Assembly (NCBI GenBank): GCA_018335615.1
Contig: JAGXRS010000463.1
Span: 1 to 42,705 of the forward strand
Direction of reading: 5' to 3'
DNA length: 42,705 bases
Origin: Hydrogenophaga sp.
GTDB lineage: Bacteria; Pseudomonadota; Gammaproteobacteria; Burkholderiales; Burkholderiaceae_C
A program made the translations under genes and the position numbers. Below are positions 9,249 to 18,166 of the stretch, piece by piece. Below the pieces are notes generated by a model. It had not been told where the DNA came from, made no database searches, and saw only the letters and a list, made by a program, of their open reading frames with translations. The stretch's first letter is position 1. Each line of letters opens with the position of its first letter.

Positions 9249-10670
9249 ATGACAGAAAACGCCGATCAGATGGCACCTGACGCTTCGCCTGGCGAAGTGT
9301 CCAAGAAGGCGGGCGTCCGTCGCGTCAACAACATGCCCATGTACATCCTCGGCGGCGTCCTGCTGTCGTTCGTGCTGGTCATGGCCCTGGTCGCGGCGGA
9401 TCGCGCGGCCAAGCAGAACGCGCCGGCGGACGGCCCCAAGGAGAAGGCCGGCAACACGTCGATGTTCGCCAAGGAGATCGCAGGCGACAAGACCGGCGGC
9501 TTGATCGAGCCGGCAAGCCCGCTCAAGGTGCCCGACATGCCGACCGGCCCGGCGTCGGCTCCGCTGGAGATCGCGCGGCCGTCCAACCCGGACGCGCCGC
9601 CGGCCCCGCCGGCCAACCCCGGCAACCCGGGCCAGCCGGTGAACGACGACGAGGCCCAGCGCATCCGCATGGCGAAGATGCAGATGTTCGGCGAAGCCGT
9701 GAAGGCCAAGACCACCGTGCGCGTGGATGCCCCGCGTAGCAACGGCTCCGCGCCGGGTGGCCCGAGCACCTACACCGGCACGCCGCAGACGCGCGATGAA
9801 ATGCTGAACCGCATCGCAGCGGTGCAGCAGCAAATCGACGCGCAGCGCAGCAACGATCCGACCGCCGCCTATCAAGCACGCCTGGCGCAGATTCGCGGCA
9901 TGGGCGTCGGTGGTGGCGGCGCGGCTCCGGCCGCCGGCGGCATGGGCGCGGGCGGTGCGCCGCAGCTCCTGCAAACCTCGACCAGCGGCGGCGGGCGCAA
10001 CAGCATGGCGCAGTTCGGCCAAGGTGGGCAGGGCGACCGCTGGAAGCTGGATTCGCAGCCGGAAGCGCCGCGCACACCGTTCGAGCTGCGCGCGGGCTTC
10101 GTCGTGCCGGCCACGCTCATTTCGGGCATCAACTCCGATCTGCCGGGCCAAATCATGGCCCAGGTCGCGCAGGACGTGTACGACACACCGACCGGCAAGC
10201 ACCTGTTGATCCCGCAGGGATCGCGCCTCGTCGGCTCGTATTCGAGCGACGTGGCCTACGGCCAAGCGCGCGTGCTGGTTGCGTGGCAACGCATCGTGTT
10301 CCCCGATGGCAAGGCGATGGACATTGGCGCGATGCCAGGCGCGGACAGCGCGGGATACGCGGGCTTCCACGACCAGGTGAACAACCACTATGTGCGCCTG
10401 TTCGGCTCGGCCTTCCTCATGTCCGGCGTGACAGCAGGCATCACCTACAGCCAACGCCAGAACCAGGCCACAAACACCTATGGCGCACCGAGCGCCAGCA
10501 GTGCCCTAAGCGAAGCCCTCGGCCAGCAGCTCGGCCAGGTTACGGCGCAACTCATCGCCAAGAACCTGAGCATTTCGCCGACGCTGGAAATTCGGCCGGG
10601 GTATCGCTTCAACGTCGTGGTCACGAAGGACATGACGTTTTCCAAGCCGTACCGTTCCTTCGATTACTAA
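9249..10670 (+). CDS. trbI: TrbI (VirB10-like)
   Basis: GINSDLPGQIMAQV, IPQGSRLVG, PTLEIRPG. Confidence 0.95.
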   Translation: MTENADQMAPDASPGEVSKKAGVRRVNNMPMYILGGVLLSFVLVMALVAADRAAKQNAPADGPKEKAGNTSMFAKEIAGDKTGGLIEPASPLKVPDMPTGPASAPLEIARPSNPDAPPAPPANPGNPGQPVNDDEAQRIRMAKMQMFGEAVKAKTTVRVDAPRSNGSAPGGPSTYTGTPQTRDEMLNRIAAVQQQIDAQRSNDPTAAYQARLAQIRGMGVGGGGAAPAAGGMGAGGAPQLLQTSTSGGGRNSMAQFGQGGQGDRWKLDSQPEAPRTPFELRAGFVVPATLISGINSDLPGQIMAQVAQDVYDTPTGKHLLIPQGSRLVGSYSSDVAYGQARVLVAWQRIVFPDGKAMDIGAMPGADSAGYAGFHDQVNNHYVRLFGSAFLMSGVTAGITYSQRQNQATNTYGAPSASSALSEALGQQLGQVTAQLIAKNLSISPTLEIRPGYRFNVVVTKDMTFSKPYRSFDY

Positions 10671-10690
10671 CGCCATAGGAGAAAAGCACC

Positions 10691-11455
10691 ATGAAGCCGA
10701 AGTTTTTAGCCGCTAAATTGGCCCTCGTCATTGCTGTTTCGAGCACGCTGGCGGTCACACCTGTGCAGGCTGGCATCCCCGTCATCGACGGCACCAACCT
10801 GTCGCAGAACATCATGACGGCCATCGAATCGGTGGCCCAGACGCTCAAGCAAATTGAGCAGTACAGCACCCAGCTCCAGCAGTATCAAAACCAACTCCAG
10901 AACACGATGGCCCCGGCCGCGTATATCTGGGATCAGGCGCAATCGACCATCAACGGGTTGATGAACGCGGTCAACACGCTGGATTACTACAAGACCCAAC
11001 TCGGCAGCCTGGACAGCTACATCGGCAAGTTCCAGGACGTGAACTACTACAAGAACTCGCCGTGCTTTACGGCGGCAGGGTGCTCCGACGCGGAACGCGC
11101 AGCACTTCGGAATGTGGCCCAGCTCGCGAGCGAGTCGCAGAAGAAGGCCAACGATGCCTTGTTCAAGGGCCTCGATAGGCAGCAAACGAATCTCACGGCC
11201 GATGCAGCGACGTTGCAGCGTCTTCAATCGGCAGCGCAGGGCGCGCAGGGCCAAATGCAGGCCATCGGCTACGCCAACCAGCTCGCCAGCCAGCAGGCCA
11301 ACCAGCTCTTGCAGATTCGTGGCCTGCTGATCGCGCAGCAGAACGCGATGGCAACCAAGATGCAGGCCGACGCCGACAAGGAAGCCCAGCAGGCGGCAGC
11401 GGCCGCACAACTGCGCCAGGGCAGCTACCGGGCCAGCCCGGCGCGCACCTGGTAA
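10691..11455 (+). CDS. trbJ: TrbJ (VirB5-like)
   Basis: AGIPVIDGTNL, Gln-rich helical protein. Confidence 0.93.
   Translation: MKPKFLAAKLALVIAVSSTLAVTPVQAGIPVIDGTNLSQNIMTAIESVAQTLKQIEQYSTQLQQYQNQLQNTMAPAAYIWDQAQSTINGLMNAVNTLDYYKTQLGSLDSYIGKFQDVNYYKNSPCFTAAGCSDAERAALRNVAQLASESQKKANDALFKGLDRQQTNLTADAATLQRLQSAAQGAQGQMQAIGYANQLASQQANQLLQIRGLLIAQQNAMATKMQADADKEAQQAAAAAQLRQGSYRASPARTW
10705..10717. promoter_or_regulatory. KorB operator inside trbJ 5' end
   Basis: TTTAGCCGCTAAA. Confidence 0.88.
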
Positions 11456-11464
11456 GGGGGATTC

Positions 11465-11692
11465 ATGAAAGCAATCAAGGCTCTGTCCTTGGCCTCGGCC
11501 GCCCTCGTGGCGGCCTTGGTCGCCGGCTGCGACAACAAGCCGGCCACGGCCCCCATGCCGGAAGTGAACGACGAGAACTGCAAGCCCGAGAACATCGCCA
11601 AGATCGAGGACAAGGGCGTCCAGCAGGCTTTTTCGTCGCTGTGCTTGCGTCGTGGTGGGGATTTCAAGCCCAGCCCGAAACGCGAATGGTGA
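11465..11692 (+). CDS. trbK: TrbK entry-exclusion lipoprotein
   Basis: Lipobox VAGC-D, C-terminal FKPSPKREW. Confidence 0.92.
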   Translation: MKAIKALSLASAALVAALVAGCDNKPATAPMPEVNDENCKPENIAKIEDKGVQQAFSSLCLRRGGDFKPSPKREW

Positions 11693-11702
11693 GGTGCTGA
11701 CG

Positions 11703-13421
11703 ATGAGAATGCCAGCCAATCTAAAAACCCTCGCCCTGCCGCTGTTCGTCTGGCTGGCGTTCTTCGCGGTCGATGCCCACGCGGCCATCGACAACGCCGG
11801 CGTGTTCGATAGCGTGCTGGATCGCTACCAGGCCGCCGCGAGCGGCTGGGCCGGTGTCATCACCACGGCCGCAACCTGGCTCTTCTGGACGCTGGTTGTG
11901 ATCTCGATGGTCTGGACGTTCGGCATGATGGCCTTGCGCAAGGCCGACATTGGCGAGTTCTTCGCGGAGTTCGTCCGCTTCACGATCTTTACCGGCTTCT
12001 TCTGGTGGGCGCTAACCAACGGCCCTAACTTCGCCTCGTCCATCTATGCGTCGTTGCGGCAGCTCGCCGGCAACGCGACGGGCCTGGGCAATGCTCTGTC
12101 GCCCTCGGGCATCGTGGACGTGGGCTTTGCGATCTTCGACAAGGTGATGGATCAGTCCTCGGTGTGGTCGCCGGTGGACAGCATGGCCGGCATCCTCATG
12201 GCCGTGGCGATCCTGGTCATCCTGGCCCTGGTCGGTGTGAATATGCTTCTGCTGCTCGCGTCGGGCTGGGTGCTCGCCTACGGCGGCGTGTTCTTCCTCG
12301 GCTTCGGTGGTTCGCGCTGGACTTCCGACATGGCGATCAACTACTACAAGGTCGTCCTGGGCGTGGCCGCGCAGCTCTTCGCAATGGTGCTCCTGGTGGG
12401 CATCGGCAAGACCTTCCTCGATGACTACTACTCGCGCATGAGCGCCGGCATCAGCCTCAAGGAAATGGGCGTGATGCTGATCGTCGTCATCATCCTCTTG
12501 GCGTTGGTCAACAAGATTCCGCCGCTCATCGCCGGGATCATCACCGGCGCGAGCGTGGGCGGTGCCGGCATCGGCCAGTTCGGTGCAGGTGCTGCGTTGG
12601 GTGCCGCAGGCATGGCAGCAGCAGCGGCCGCGACCGGCGGCGCCGCTCTGGCCGCCGGCGCAGCCTCGGCCGCCGGTGGTGCCTCTGCCGTCATGGCCGC
12701 CTTCTCGAAGGCCAATGAGAACGTGTCGGCAGGCACGGACGTTATGTCGGCCTTCTCGGGCGGCGGCAGCTCGGGCGGCGGTGCGGGCGGCGGCGGCGAC
12801 GCCGGCACCGGCAGCACGCCCTTCGCTCAGGCTGCGGGCTTTAGCGGCAGCTCCGGCGGTGGCTCTTCGTCGGGTGGCGGCAGCCCCTCGACCGGCAGCA
12901 GCTCGGGCAGCTCGAAGGGCGGCGATAAGGGCGGCGGCAAAGCCGACGCCGGCGGCCAGGGCAGCAGCTCGACGGCCAGCACCGGCAGCAGTGCCGACAA
13001 GGCCGCCAAGAACGAACCCAAGCCCGCCGGCGGGGCAGGGCAAGGGCAGCAGGCCGCACCGGGCAGCACCGGCCCCGGCTTGCTCGCATCGGCCGCATCG
13101 GCCCTCGGCACGGCCGGCCGCATCGCCGCCGACGCCGGCGCGAACTTGGCGAAGGGAACCGCCGATGTTGCCAAGGCCAAAGCCGCGAGCCTGCGCGAAG
13201 CCGCAGCCGAGCGGATCGCCGACACCACTGGCGGAAAGATCGCCGCCGCGATCAAGGCGCAAGGAAGCGGCACGGCCGAGAACATCGACGTGCCCGACCA
13301 GCAGCCCGCGCCGAGCTTCGGCGACAACAGCCTGGCAGGCGGCCCTGCCGATGCCGATCCCGAGTCCGAAGTAGCTGCGTTCGCCAACCGCGAGCAAGGC
13401 CGCGACGGCACAACTGCGTAA
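11703..13421 (+). CDS. trbL: TrbL (VirB6-like) with Gly/Ser/Ala-rich tail
   Basis: Multiple TM segments, LGFGGSRWT motif; GAGG RBS before ATG 11703. Confidence 0.93.
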   Translation: MRMPANLKTLALPLFVWLAFFAVDAHAAIDNAGVFDSVLDRYQAAASGWAGVITTAATWLFWTLVVISMVWTFGMMALRKADIGEFFAEFVRFTIFTGFFWWALTNGPNFASSIYASLRQLAGNATGLGNALSPSGIVDVGFAIFDKVMDQSSVWSPVDSMAGILMAVAILVILALVGVNMLLLLASGWVLAYGGVFFLGFGGSRWTSDMAINYYKVVLGVAAQLFAMVLLVGIGKTFLDDYYSRMSAGISLKEMGVMLIVVIILLALVNKIPPLIAGIITGASVGGAGIGQFGAGAALGAAGMAAAAAATGGAALAAGAASAAGGASAVMAAFSKANENVSAGTDVMSAFSGGGSSGGGAGGGGDAGTGSTPFAQAAGFSGSSGGGSSSGGGSPSTGSSSGSSKGGDKGGGKADAGGQGSSSTASTGSSADKAAKNEPKPAGGAGQGQQAAPGSTGPGLLASAASALGTAGRIAADAGANLAKGTADVAKAKAASLREAAAERIADTTGGKIAAAIKAQGSGTAENIDVPDQQPAPSFGDNSLAGGPADADPESEVAAFANREQGRDGTTA

Positions 13422-13438
13422 CCAAGGAGAGTCCAACC

Positions 13439-14026
13439 ATGAAGAAGAAACTGTTTGCCCTGGCCGCCCTCGTGGCAGCCCTCGGATCGACCGCCGGCAC
13501 GGCCAGCGCGCAAGACGTGCTGACCGGCGACACGCGCCTGGCCTGCGAGGCGATCCTGTGCCTGTCGTCGGGCACGCGCCCGAGCGAATGCACGCCGTCG
13601 CTGTCGCGGTACTTCAACATCACGAAGCGCAAGCTGTCGGACACGATCCGCGCCCGCCTGAACTTCCTCCAGCTTTGCCCGGTGGCGAGCCAGACGCCGG
13701 AAATGCAGTCGCTCGTGTCGGCGATCTCGCGCGGCGCTGGCCGGTGCGACGCGCAGTCGCTGAACTCGACGTTGGTGATGTGGACGGGCGGCTACGACGA
13801 TGGGCGCACGTACATCAGCAACCAGTTGCCTGACTACTGCGGGGCCTACACCGGCCACGCCTACACCGACTTCGCCAGCAGCGGCACGCTGCCGCGCTAT
13901 GTCGGGACGCCAGAGCGGGGCGGGTATTGGGTCGAAGCGCGCGACTATGACCGCGCCTTGGCCGAGTACAACGAACGCATCCGGCGCGAGGACGAAGAGC
14001 GCCGCCGTCAGTCCTGGCTGAACTGA
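13439..14026 (+). CDS. trbM: TrbM
   Basis: LACEAILCLSSG..PSEC..SL.RYF, RLNFLQLCP. Confidence 0.92.
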   Translation: MKKKLFALAALVAALGSTAGTASAQDVLTGDTRLACEAILCLSSGTRPSECTPSLSRYFNITKRKLSDTIRARLNFLQLCPVASQTPEMQSLVSAISRGAGRCDAQSLNSTLVMWTGGYDDGRTYISNQLPDYCGAYTGHAYTDFASSGTLPRYVGTPERGGYWVEARDYDRALAEYNERIRREDEERRRQSWLN

Positions 14027-14039
14027 GGGAGGGGAGGGC

Positions 14040-14675
14040 ATGCCGTTCTTCGCCGATCTGCCGCCGCAGCTCCAGGAGCGCGTCGTCTGCTCGATCTCGG
14101 CCGCCGTCAAGTACGAGGTGCCGGTCAACATCGTGTTGGCCGTCGCCGAGAAAGAGGGCGGCAAGCCGGGCCAGTGGGTGCGCAACTCGAATGGCACGCA
14201 TGACGTTGGCCCGATGCAGTTCAACACCGCGTACCTGGGCGACCTGGCCCGATACGGCATCACGGCGAACGATGTGGCGGCTGCCGGCTGCTACTCGTTC
14301 GACCTGGCCGCCTGGCGGCTGCGGATGCACATCCGCAACGACAAGGGCGACCTCTGGACGAAGGCGGCGAACTACCACTCGCGCACGCCGCAGTACAACG
14401 CGGTGTACCGGGCCGACTTGATGCGCAAGGCGTCGAAGTGGGCCGATTGGCTCGAAGCTCGGTTCGTCACGCTTGACGTGACGAAGGCCGGGGCCACGCC
14501 CTCGACGCCCAGCCAGCCCGCGACGGTGGCCCAGCGGGCGACGCCGGCGGCCAGGCCGGCACCAGCACCCCAGCAGGCCGCCCCAGCGGCCGCAGCAGCT
14601 CGCAGCGTGTCGGTGGCCGGCTACGTGCCCCGCACGGTGTCTTTCAACACTTCACGCGAGGGGTCGGCCGAGTAG
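14040..14675 (+). CDS. trbN: TrbN lytic transglycosylase
   Basis: AVAEKEG, DVGPMQFN, ANYHS SLT motifs. Confidence 0.93.
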   Translation: MPFFADLPPQLQERVVCSISAAVKYEVPVNIVLAVAEKEGGKPGQWVRNSNGTHDVGPMQFNTAYLGDLARYGITANDVAAAGCYSFDLAAWRLRMHIRNDKGDLWTKAANYHSRTPQYNAVYRADLMRKASKWADWLEARFVTLDVTKAGATPSTPSQPATVAQRATPAARPAPAPQQAAPAAAAARSVSVAGYVPRTVSFNTSREGSAE

Positions 14676-14689
14676 GCCGGCTCTTCCGA

Positions 14690-14702
14690 TTTAGCGGCTA
14701 AA
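14690..14702. promoter_or_regulatory. KorB operator before trbO
   Basis: TTTAGCGGCTAAA. Confidence 0.88.
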
Positions 14703-14703
14703 C

Positions 14704-14970
14704 ATGGACAAATTCCACGCCTTCATGATGCGGTACACGCTGGGCGTCGGCCGGTTGCTTCAAGCCTATTGCAAGTGGGCGGAAGGGCAGGCCAAGAACC
14801 AGCTCGATTTGCTTCTGCTGGGCCTCGGCCCGATCTTCGCCTTGGGCCTTCTGCTGTGGGCGCTGCCGGCGTGGATCGGCAAGCCCATCGCCTTCGTGCT
14901 CTCACTGCCAGCGCTCTACATCATCTTCCTGGTGCTGCGCGCCTACGCGATTCGCGGGGGCCGGCGCTGA
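14704..14970 (+). CDS. trbO: TrbO small membrane protein
   Basis: 88 aa, two TM segments, synteny. Confidence 0.85.
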   Translation: MDKFHAFMMRYTLGVGRLLQAYCKWAEGQAKNQLDLLLLGLGPIFALGLLLWALPAWIGKPIAFVLSLPALYIIFLVLRAYAIRGGRR

Positions 14971-15668
14971 TGAAGGCCCTGCGGATTCCTGATGGAACCG
15001 TCGAAGCGTTGAAGTGGCTCGCACTGGTTCTCATGACCGGCGATCACGTCAACAAGTACCTGTTCAACGCGACGCTGCCGGTGCTGTTCGAGGCCGGCCG
15101 CGTGGCGCTCCCCCTTTTCGTGTTCGTCCTGGCCTACAACCTGGCCCGGCCGGGCACGCTCGAACGCGGCGTGTACGGCCGCACCATGTCGCGCCTGGCG
15201 ATGTTCGGCGCGCTGGCCTCCGTGTCCTTCGTGGCCCTCGGCGGCCTGTACGCCGGTTGGTGGCCGCTCAACGTGATGTTCACGCTGCTGGTCGTCACGG
15301 CCACGGCTTACCTGGTCGAACGTGGCGGCAAGCTGCACCTGGCGGCCGCCGGCGTGGTGTTCCTGGTCGGCGGCAGCTCGGTCGAATATTGGTGGCCGGC
15401 CGTGGCTTTCGGCCTGGCGGTGTGGTCGTACACGCGCCGGCCGAGCTGGGCCGCCGCGGCGGTCGCGGTGCTGGCCTGCGCGGCCCTGTGGTTCGTCAAT
15501 CGCAACCTGTGGGCCTTGGCAGCCCTGCCGGTGCTCTTCCTGGCCTCGCGGGTGGATGTGCGCGTGCCGCGCCTGCGCTGGGCCTTCTACGCCTATTACC
15601 CGCTGCACCTGGCCTCGCTCTGGTTGATCCGCATCCCCATGAGCAAGGCCGGCTACCTGTTCTTCTGA
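14970..15668 (+). CDS. trbP: TrbP (TraX-like membrane protein)
   Basis: LKWLALVLMTGDH, GRVALPLF, FYAYYPLHL; ATG overlaps the trbO stop. Confidence 0.92.
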   Translation: MKALRIPDGTVEALKWLALVLMTGDHVNKYLFNATLPVLFEAGRVALPLFVFVLAYNLARPGTLERGVYGRTMSRLAMFGALASVSFVALGGLYAGWWPLNVMFTLLVVTATAYLVERGGKLHLAAAGVVFLVGGSSVEYWWPAVAFGLAVWSYTRRPSWAAAAVAVLACAALWFVNRNLWALAALPVLFLASRVDVRVPRLRWAFYAYYPLHLASLWLIRIPMSKAGYLFF

Positions 15669-15683
15669 TTGGAGTCCTGCCCC

Positions 15684-16115
15684 ATGCGAAAACCCGTTCT
15701 TCTGGCCCTCTCTCTGGCGTTCCTGGTCAGCGCGCAAAGCGCACTGGCCGCCGGCGACGCCGGCAACTTCGGCACGCCGATCAAGTCCGGCGTATCGGTG
15801 TCCTTCCCCGACAGCAGCGCGACATTCCAGCCGACGCCAGAGGCCCTGGAGCTGCTGGCCGACGCTAGGAATGCGGCGATCATCTACATCAGCGGGCGCA
15901 CCAGCACACTACGGCCCAGCGCGGCCGATGAGGCCCTTGCACTACGCCGTGCGCTCTCGGCCAGGTCGTACTTGGTGGCGCGCGGCGTCTCGCCGCTCAA
16001 GATCATGGTGAACTTCGCATCGGCCGCCGATTTCGTGGCAGACAACTCGACGGCCGAGGGCCGGCGCGAGAACCAGCGCGTGGACATTGAGGTGGTCTAC
16101 ATCCCCACCTACTGA
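15684..16115 (+). CDS. upf30.5: Upf30.5, exported OmpA-like domain protein
   Basis: Signal peptide; LALRRA...DNSTAEGRRENQRVDI OmpA C-terminal motif. Confidence 0.8.
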   Translation: MRKPVLLALSLAFLVSAQSALAAGDAGNFGTPIKSGVSVSFPDSSATFQPTPEALELLADARNAAIIYISGRTSTLRPSAADEALALRRALSARSYLVARGVSPLKIMVNFASAADFVADNSTAEGRRENQRVDIEVVYIPTY

Positions 16116-16124
16116 GCGATCCGG

Positions 16125-16234
16125 CATCGCCATTCCTGGCGGTGCTGCAGGTCGCTCCAGCAGCTTCGCATCGTCGGCTCTGACGATGCAGGCCCGGCCG
16201 GCTTCCCTTGACAGCATCGCCATTTCTGACGATG
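16125..16234. repeat. Array A: three 20-bp palindromic repeats (16125, 16169, 16215)
   Basis: CATCGCCATTCCTGGCGGTG, CATCGTCGGCTCTGACGATG, CATCGCCATTTCTGACGATG. Confidence 0.9.
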
Positions 16235-16269
16235 CTGGCCAAGTCCCGATTTACTCCAGGAAGAAGGCC

Positions 16270-16944
16270 ATGAGATACCCCGGCGGCAAGGGCGGTGCCG
16301 GCGTCTACCAGACGATCATCAACAACATCCCGCCTCACGACACGTACATCGAAACGCACCTGGGCGGCGGCAACATCCTGGAGCGCAAGCGGCCCGCTGC
16401 CCGCAGCGTCGGCATCGACGTTGATCCCGAGGTGATCGAGGTCTGGCAGCAGCTCGACGTGCCCGGCCTGGAGCTGCACCACGGCGACGCCGTGGCCTGG
16501 CTGGAGTCCCACCAGTTCACCGGCTCCGAGTTCGTCTACGCCGATCCGCCCTACGTGATGGACAGCCGGCGCGGCGGCAAGCTATACCGCCACGAATACG
16601 ACGACGCCGACCACGTGCGGCTGCTCGACGTGCTGGCCGGCTTGCCGTGCGCGGTGATGGTGTCGGGCTACAGCTCAACGATCTATGACAGCTCTCCCTT
16701 GGCGTCATGGAGAACCATCGACTTCAACGCGATGACGCGCGGCGGCATCGCTATCGAACGGCTGTGGATGAACTACCCCGAGCCGGCCGAGCTGCACGAT
16801 CTGCGCTACCTCGGCAGCAACTTCCGCGAGCGCGAGCGCATCAAGCGGAAGAAAGCCCGCTGGCAAGCGAAGCTCGCCAAGCTCGATCCGCTGGAGCGGG
16901 CGGCGATCATGGAATGCCTGCGCGAGCTGGAGGCGGCCGAGTAG
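16270..16944 (+). CDS. upf31.0: Upf31.0, Dam/D12-class N6-adenine DNA methyltransferase-like protein (224 aa)
   Basis: RYPGGKG, YIETHLGGG (motif I), FVYADPPY (motif IV); RBS before ATG 16270. Confidence 0.88.
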   Translation: MRYPGGKGGAGVYQTIINNIPPHDTYIETHLGGGNILERKRPAARSVGIDVDPEVIEVWQQLDVPGLELHHGDAVAWLESHQFTGSEFVYADPPYVMDSRRGGKLYRHEYDDADHVRLLDVLAGLPCAVMVSGYSSTIYDSSPLASWRTIDFNAMTRGGIAIERLWMNYPEPAELHDLRYLGSNFRERERIKRKKARWQAKLAKLDPLERAAIMECLRELEAAE

Positions 16945-16945
16945 G

Positions 16946-17590
16946 TCACGCCTGCGCCTGGTTGTGCAGCGCCCATACGCGCTTGACCTGGCTTTCACTG
17001 CACCCGGCCAGCCTGGCCGTCTCTGGAATGCTGTGGCCTGCGCTGCGCAGCGCCACGATGCGTTCATGCACCTTTGTGTTGGCCTTGCGGCCGGTGTAGC
17101 GGCCGGCGTCCTTCGCCAGCTCGACGCCCTGCCGCTGCCGCTCGCGGCGATCCTCGTAGTCGTCGCGGGCCATCTGCAACGCCAGCTTCAAAAGCATGTC
17201 CTGGATCGACTCCAGCACCACCTTTGCCACGCCCTTCGCCTCGGCGGCCAGGTCGGATAGATCGACCACGCCAGGGACAGCCAGGCGCGCGCCCTGGGCG
17301 CGGATCGAGGCCACGAGGCGTTCGGCCTCGGGCAGCGGCAGGCGGCTGATGCGGTCGATCTTCTCCGCAACGACGACTTCACCGGGTTGCAGGTCGCCGA
17401 TCATGCGCAGCAGCTCGGCGCGATCGGCGCGAGCGCCCGAAGCCTTCTCGCGGTAGAAGCCGGCGGCCCTGGTGCTCTCCACGATGGCGGCCTGCCTGGT
17501 CAAGTCCTGCTCGTCGGTGCTGACGCGCAAGTAGATGCGCGCGACCTTGAAAGCGACGCCGGCGGCCTGGTGCTCGGTCGGCGTCCGCAT
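16946..17590 (-). CDS. parA: ParA serine resolvase (214 aa; in-frame extension to 17782 possible)
   Basis: IYLRVSTDEQ catalytic motif, EKASG, EKIDRISR, C-terminal HTH; resembles RK2 ParA. Confidence 0.88.
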   Translation of the reverse strand: MRTPTEHQAAGVAFKVARIYLRVSTDEQDLTRQAAIVESTRAAGFYREKASGARADRAELLRMIGDLQPGEVVVAEKIDRISRLPLPEAERLVASIRAQGARLAVPGVVDLSDLAAEAKGVAKVVLESIQDMLLKLALQMARDDYEDRRERQRQGVELAKDAGRYTGRKANTKVHERIVALRSAGHSIPETARLAGCSESQVKRVWALHNQAQA

Positions 17591-17792
17591 GATGCGGTCG
17601 GCACCTTCGACCAGGCCATCGCCGCCGACGCGCAGCGGTGGCGTCTTGGCGAGCGCCTGGCGCGCTGCGCGTGACTGGCGCGGCATGGCCGCAATCTGTG
17701 TTTCCTGGGCGGTGCGCGGCGTGATGATCGCGCTGCGCTTCGCCTTGGTCTTGCCTGGGAAGTAGCCGTTGCGGCTGGTCATGGGTTCCTCC

Positions 17793-17897
17793 GGTCATTT
17801 TGGGTATACGCAAAGTGTCCGGTCATGCTACCCCCGGCCAAAAAGGCCGTCATGCGATTTATCTTGGCCGGGTCGTTATTGGCGGGTCTAAATGGCC
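17793..17897. other. Multimer resolution (res/mrs) site for ParA
   Basis: GGTCATTTTGGGTATACGCAAAGTGTCC with central TATA resembles recalled RK2 mrs site I; lies upstream of the resolvase. Confidence 0.65.
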
Positions 17898-17910
17898 GCT
17901 CCGTGGATCT

Positions 17911-18122
17911 CATCGCCAGAAATGGCGATGCGAGATCCAGGGCAGGGCGGCCGCCATCGTCAGACCTGGCGATGGTCGACGCCGGCGCGCATCGTCGGAT
18001 GTGGCGATGCGAGCTCGAGGTCGGTGGCCACCGCCGGCGACCTGGTGCCATCGTCGGCAATGGCGATGCTGCAGCTCGACGTGCGCGGCCTGGTCGTCTC
18101 GGCATCGTCGGATGCGGCGATG
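17911..18122. repeat. Array B: five 20-bp palindromic repeats (17911, 17955, 17990, 18049, 18103)
   Basis: CATCGYC-N6-GGCGATG units followed by CGAGATCC, GTCGAC, CGAGCTCGAG, CTGCAG, CTCGAG. Confidence 0.92.
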
Positions 18123-18135
18123 CTCGAGCGAGGCG

Positions 18136-18166
18136 AAAAAAAACCGCCTCGGGGTGTCCGAGGCGG
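18136..18166 (-). terminator. Rho-independent terminator after traC
   Basis: A8-CCGCCTCGG-loop-CCGAGGCGG. Confidence 0.8.

Noticed and set aside
12540-13100. GGC/AGC low-complexity stretch as a separate repeat element
   Set aside because: It is the Gly/Ser/Ala-rich tail typical of TrbL, in frame.
16087-16269. N-terminal extension of the methylase (285-aa ORF call)
   Set aside because: It overlaps upf30.5 and reads through array A; family similarity starts at MRYPGGKG (16270), which has an RBS.
16270-17782. Complete restriction-modification system or integron at the trb-tra junction
   Set aside because: No endonuclease, intI or attC seen; the neighbour of the methylase is a serine resolvase.
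17911-18122. Repeat arrays as CRISPR arrays
   Set aside because: Units vary internally, spacers range from 8 to 39 bp, arrays have only 3-5 units, one lies inside a gene, and there are no cas genes or leader.
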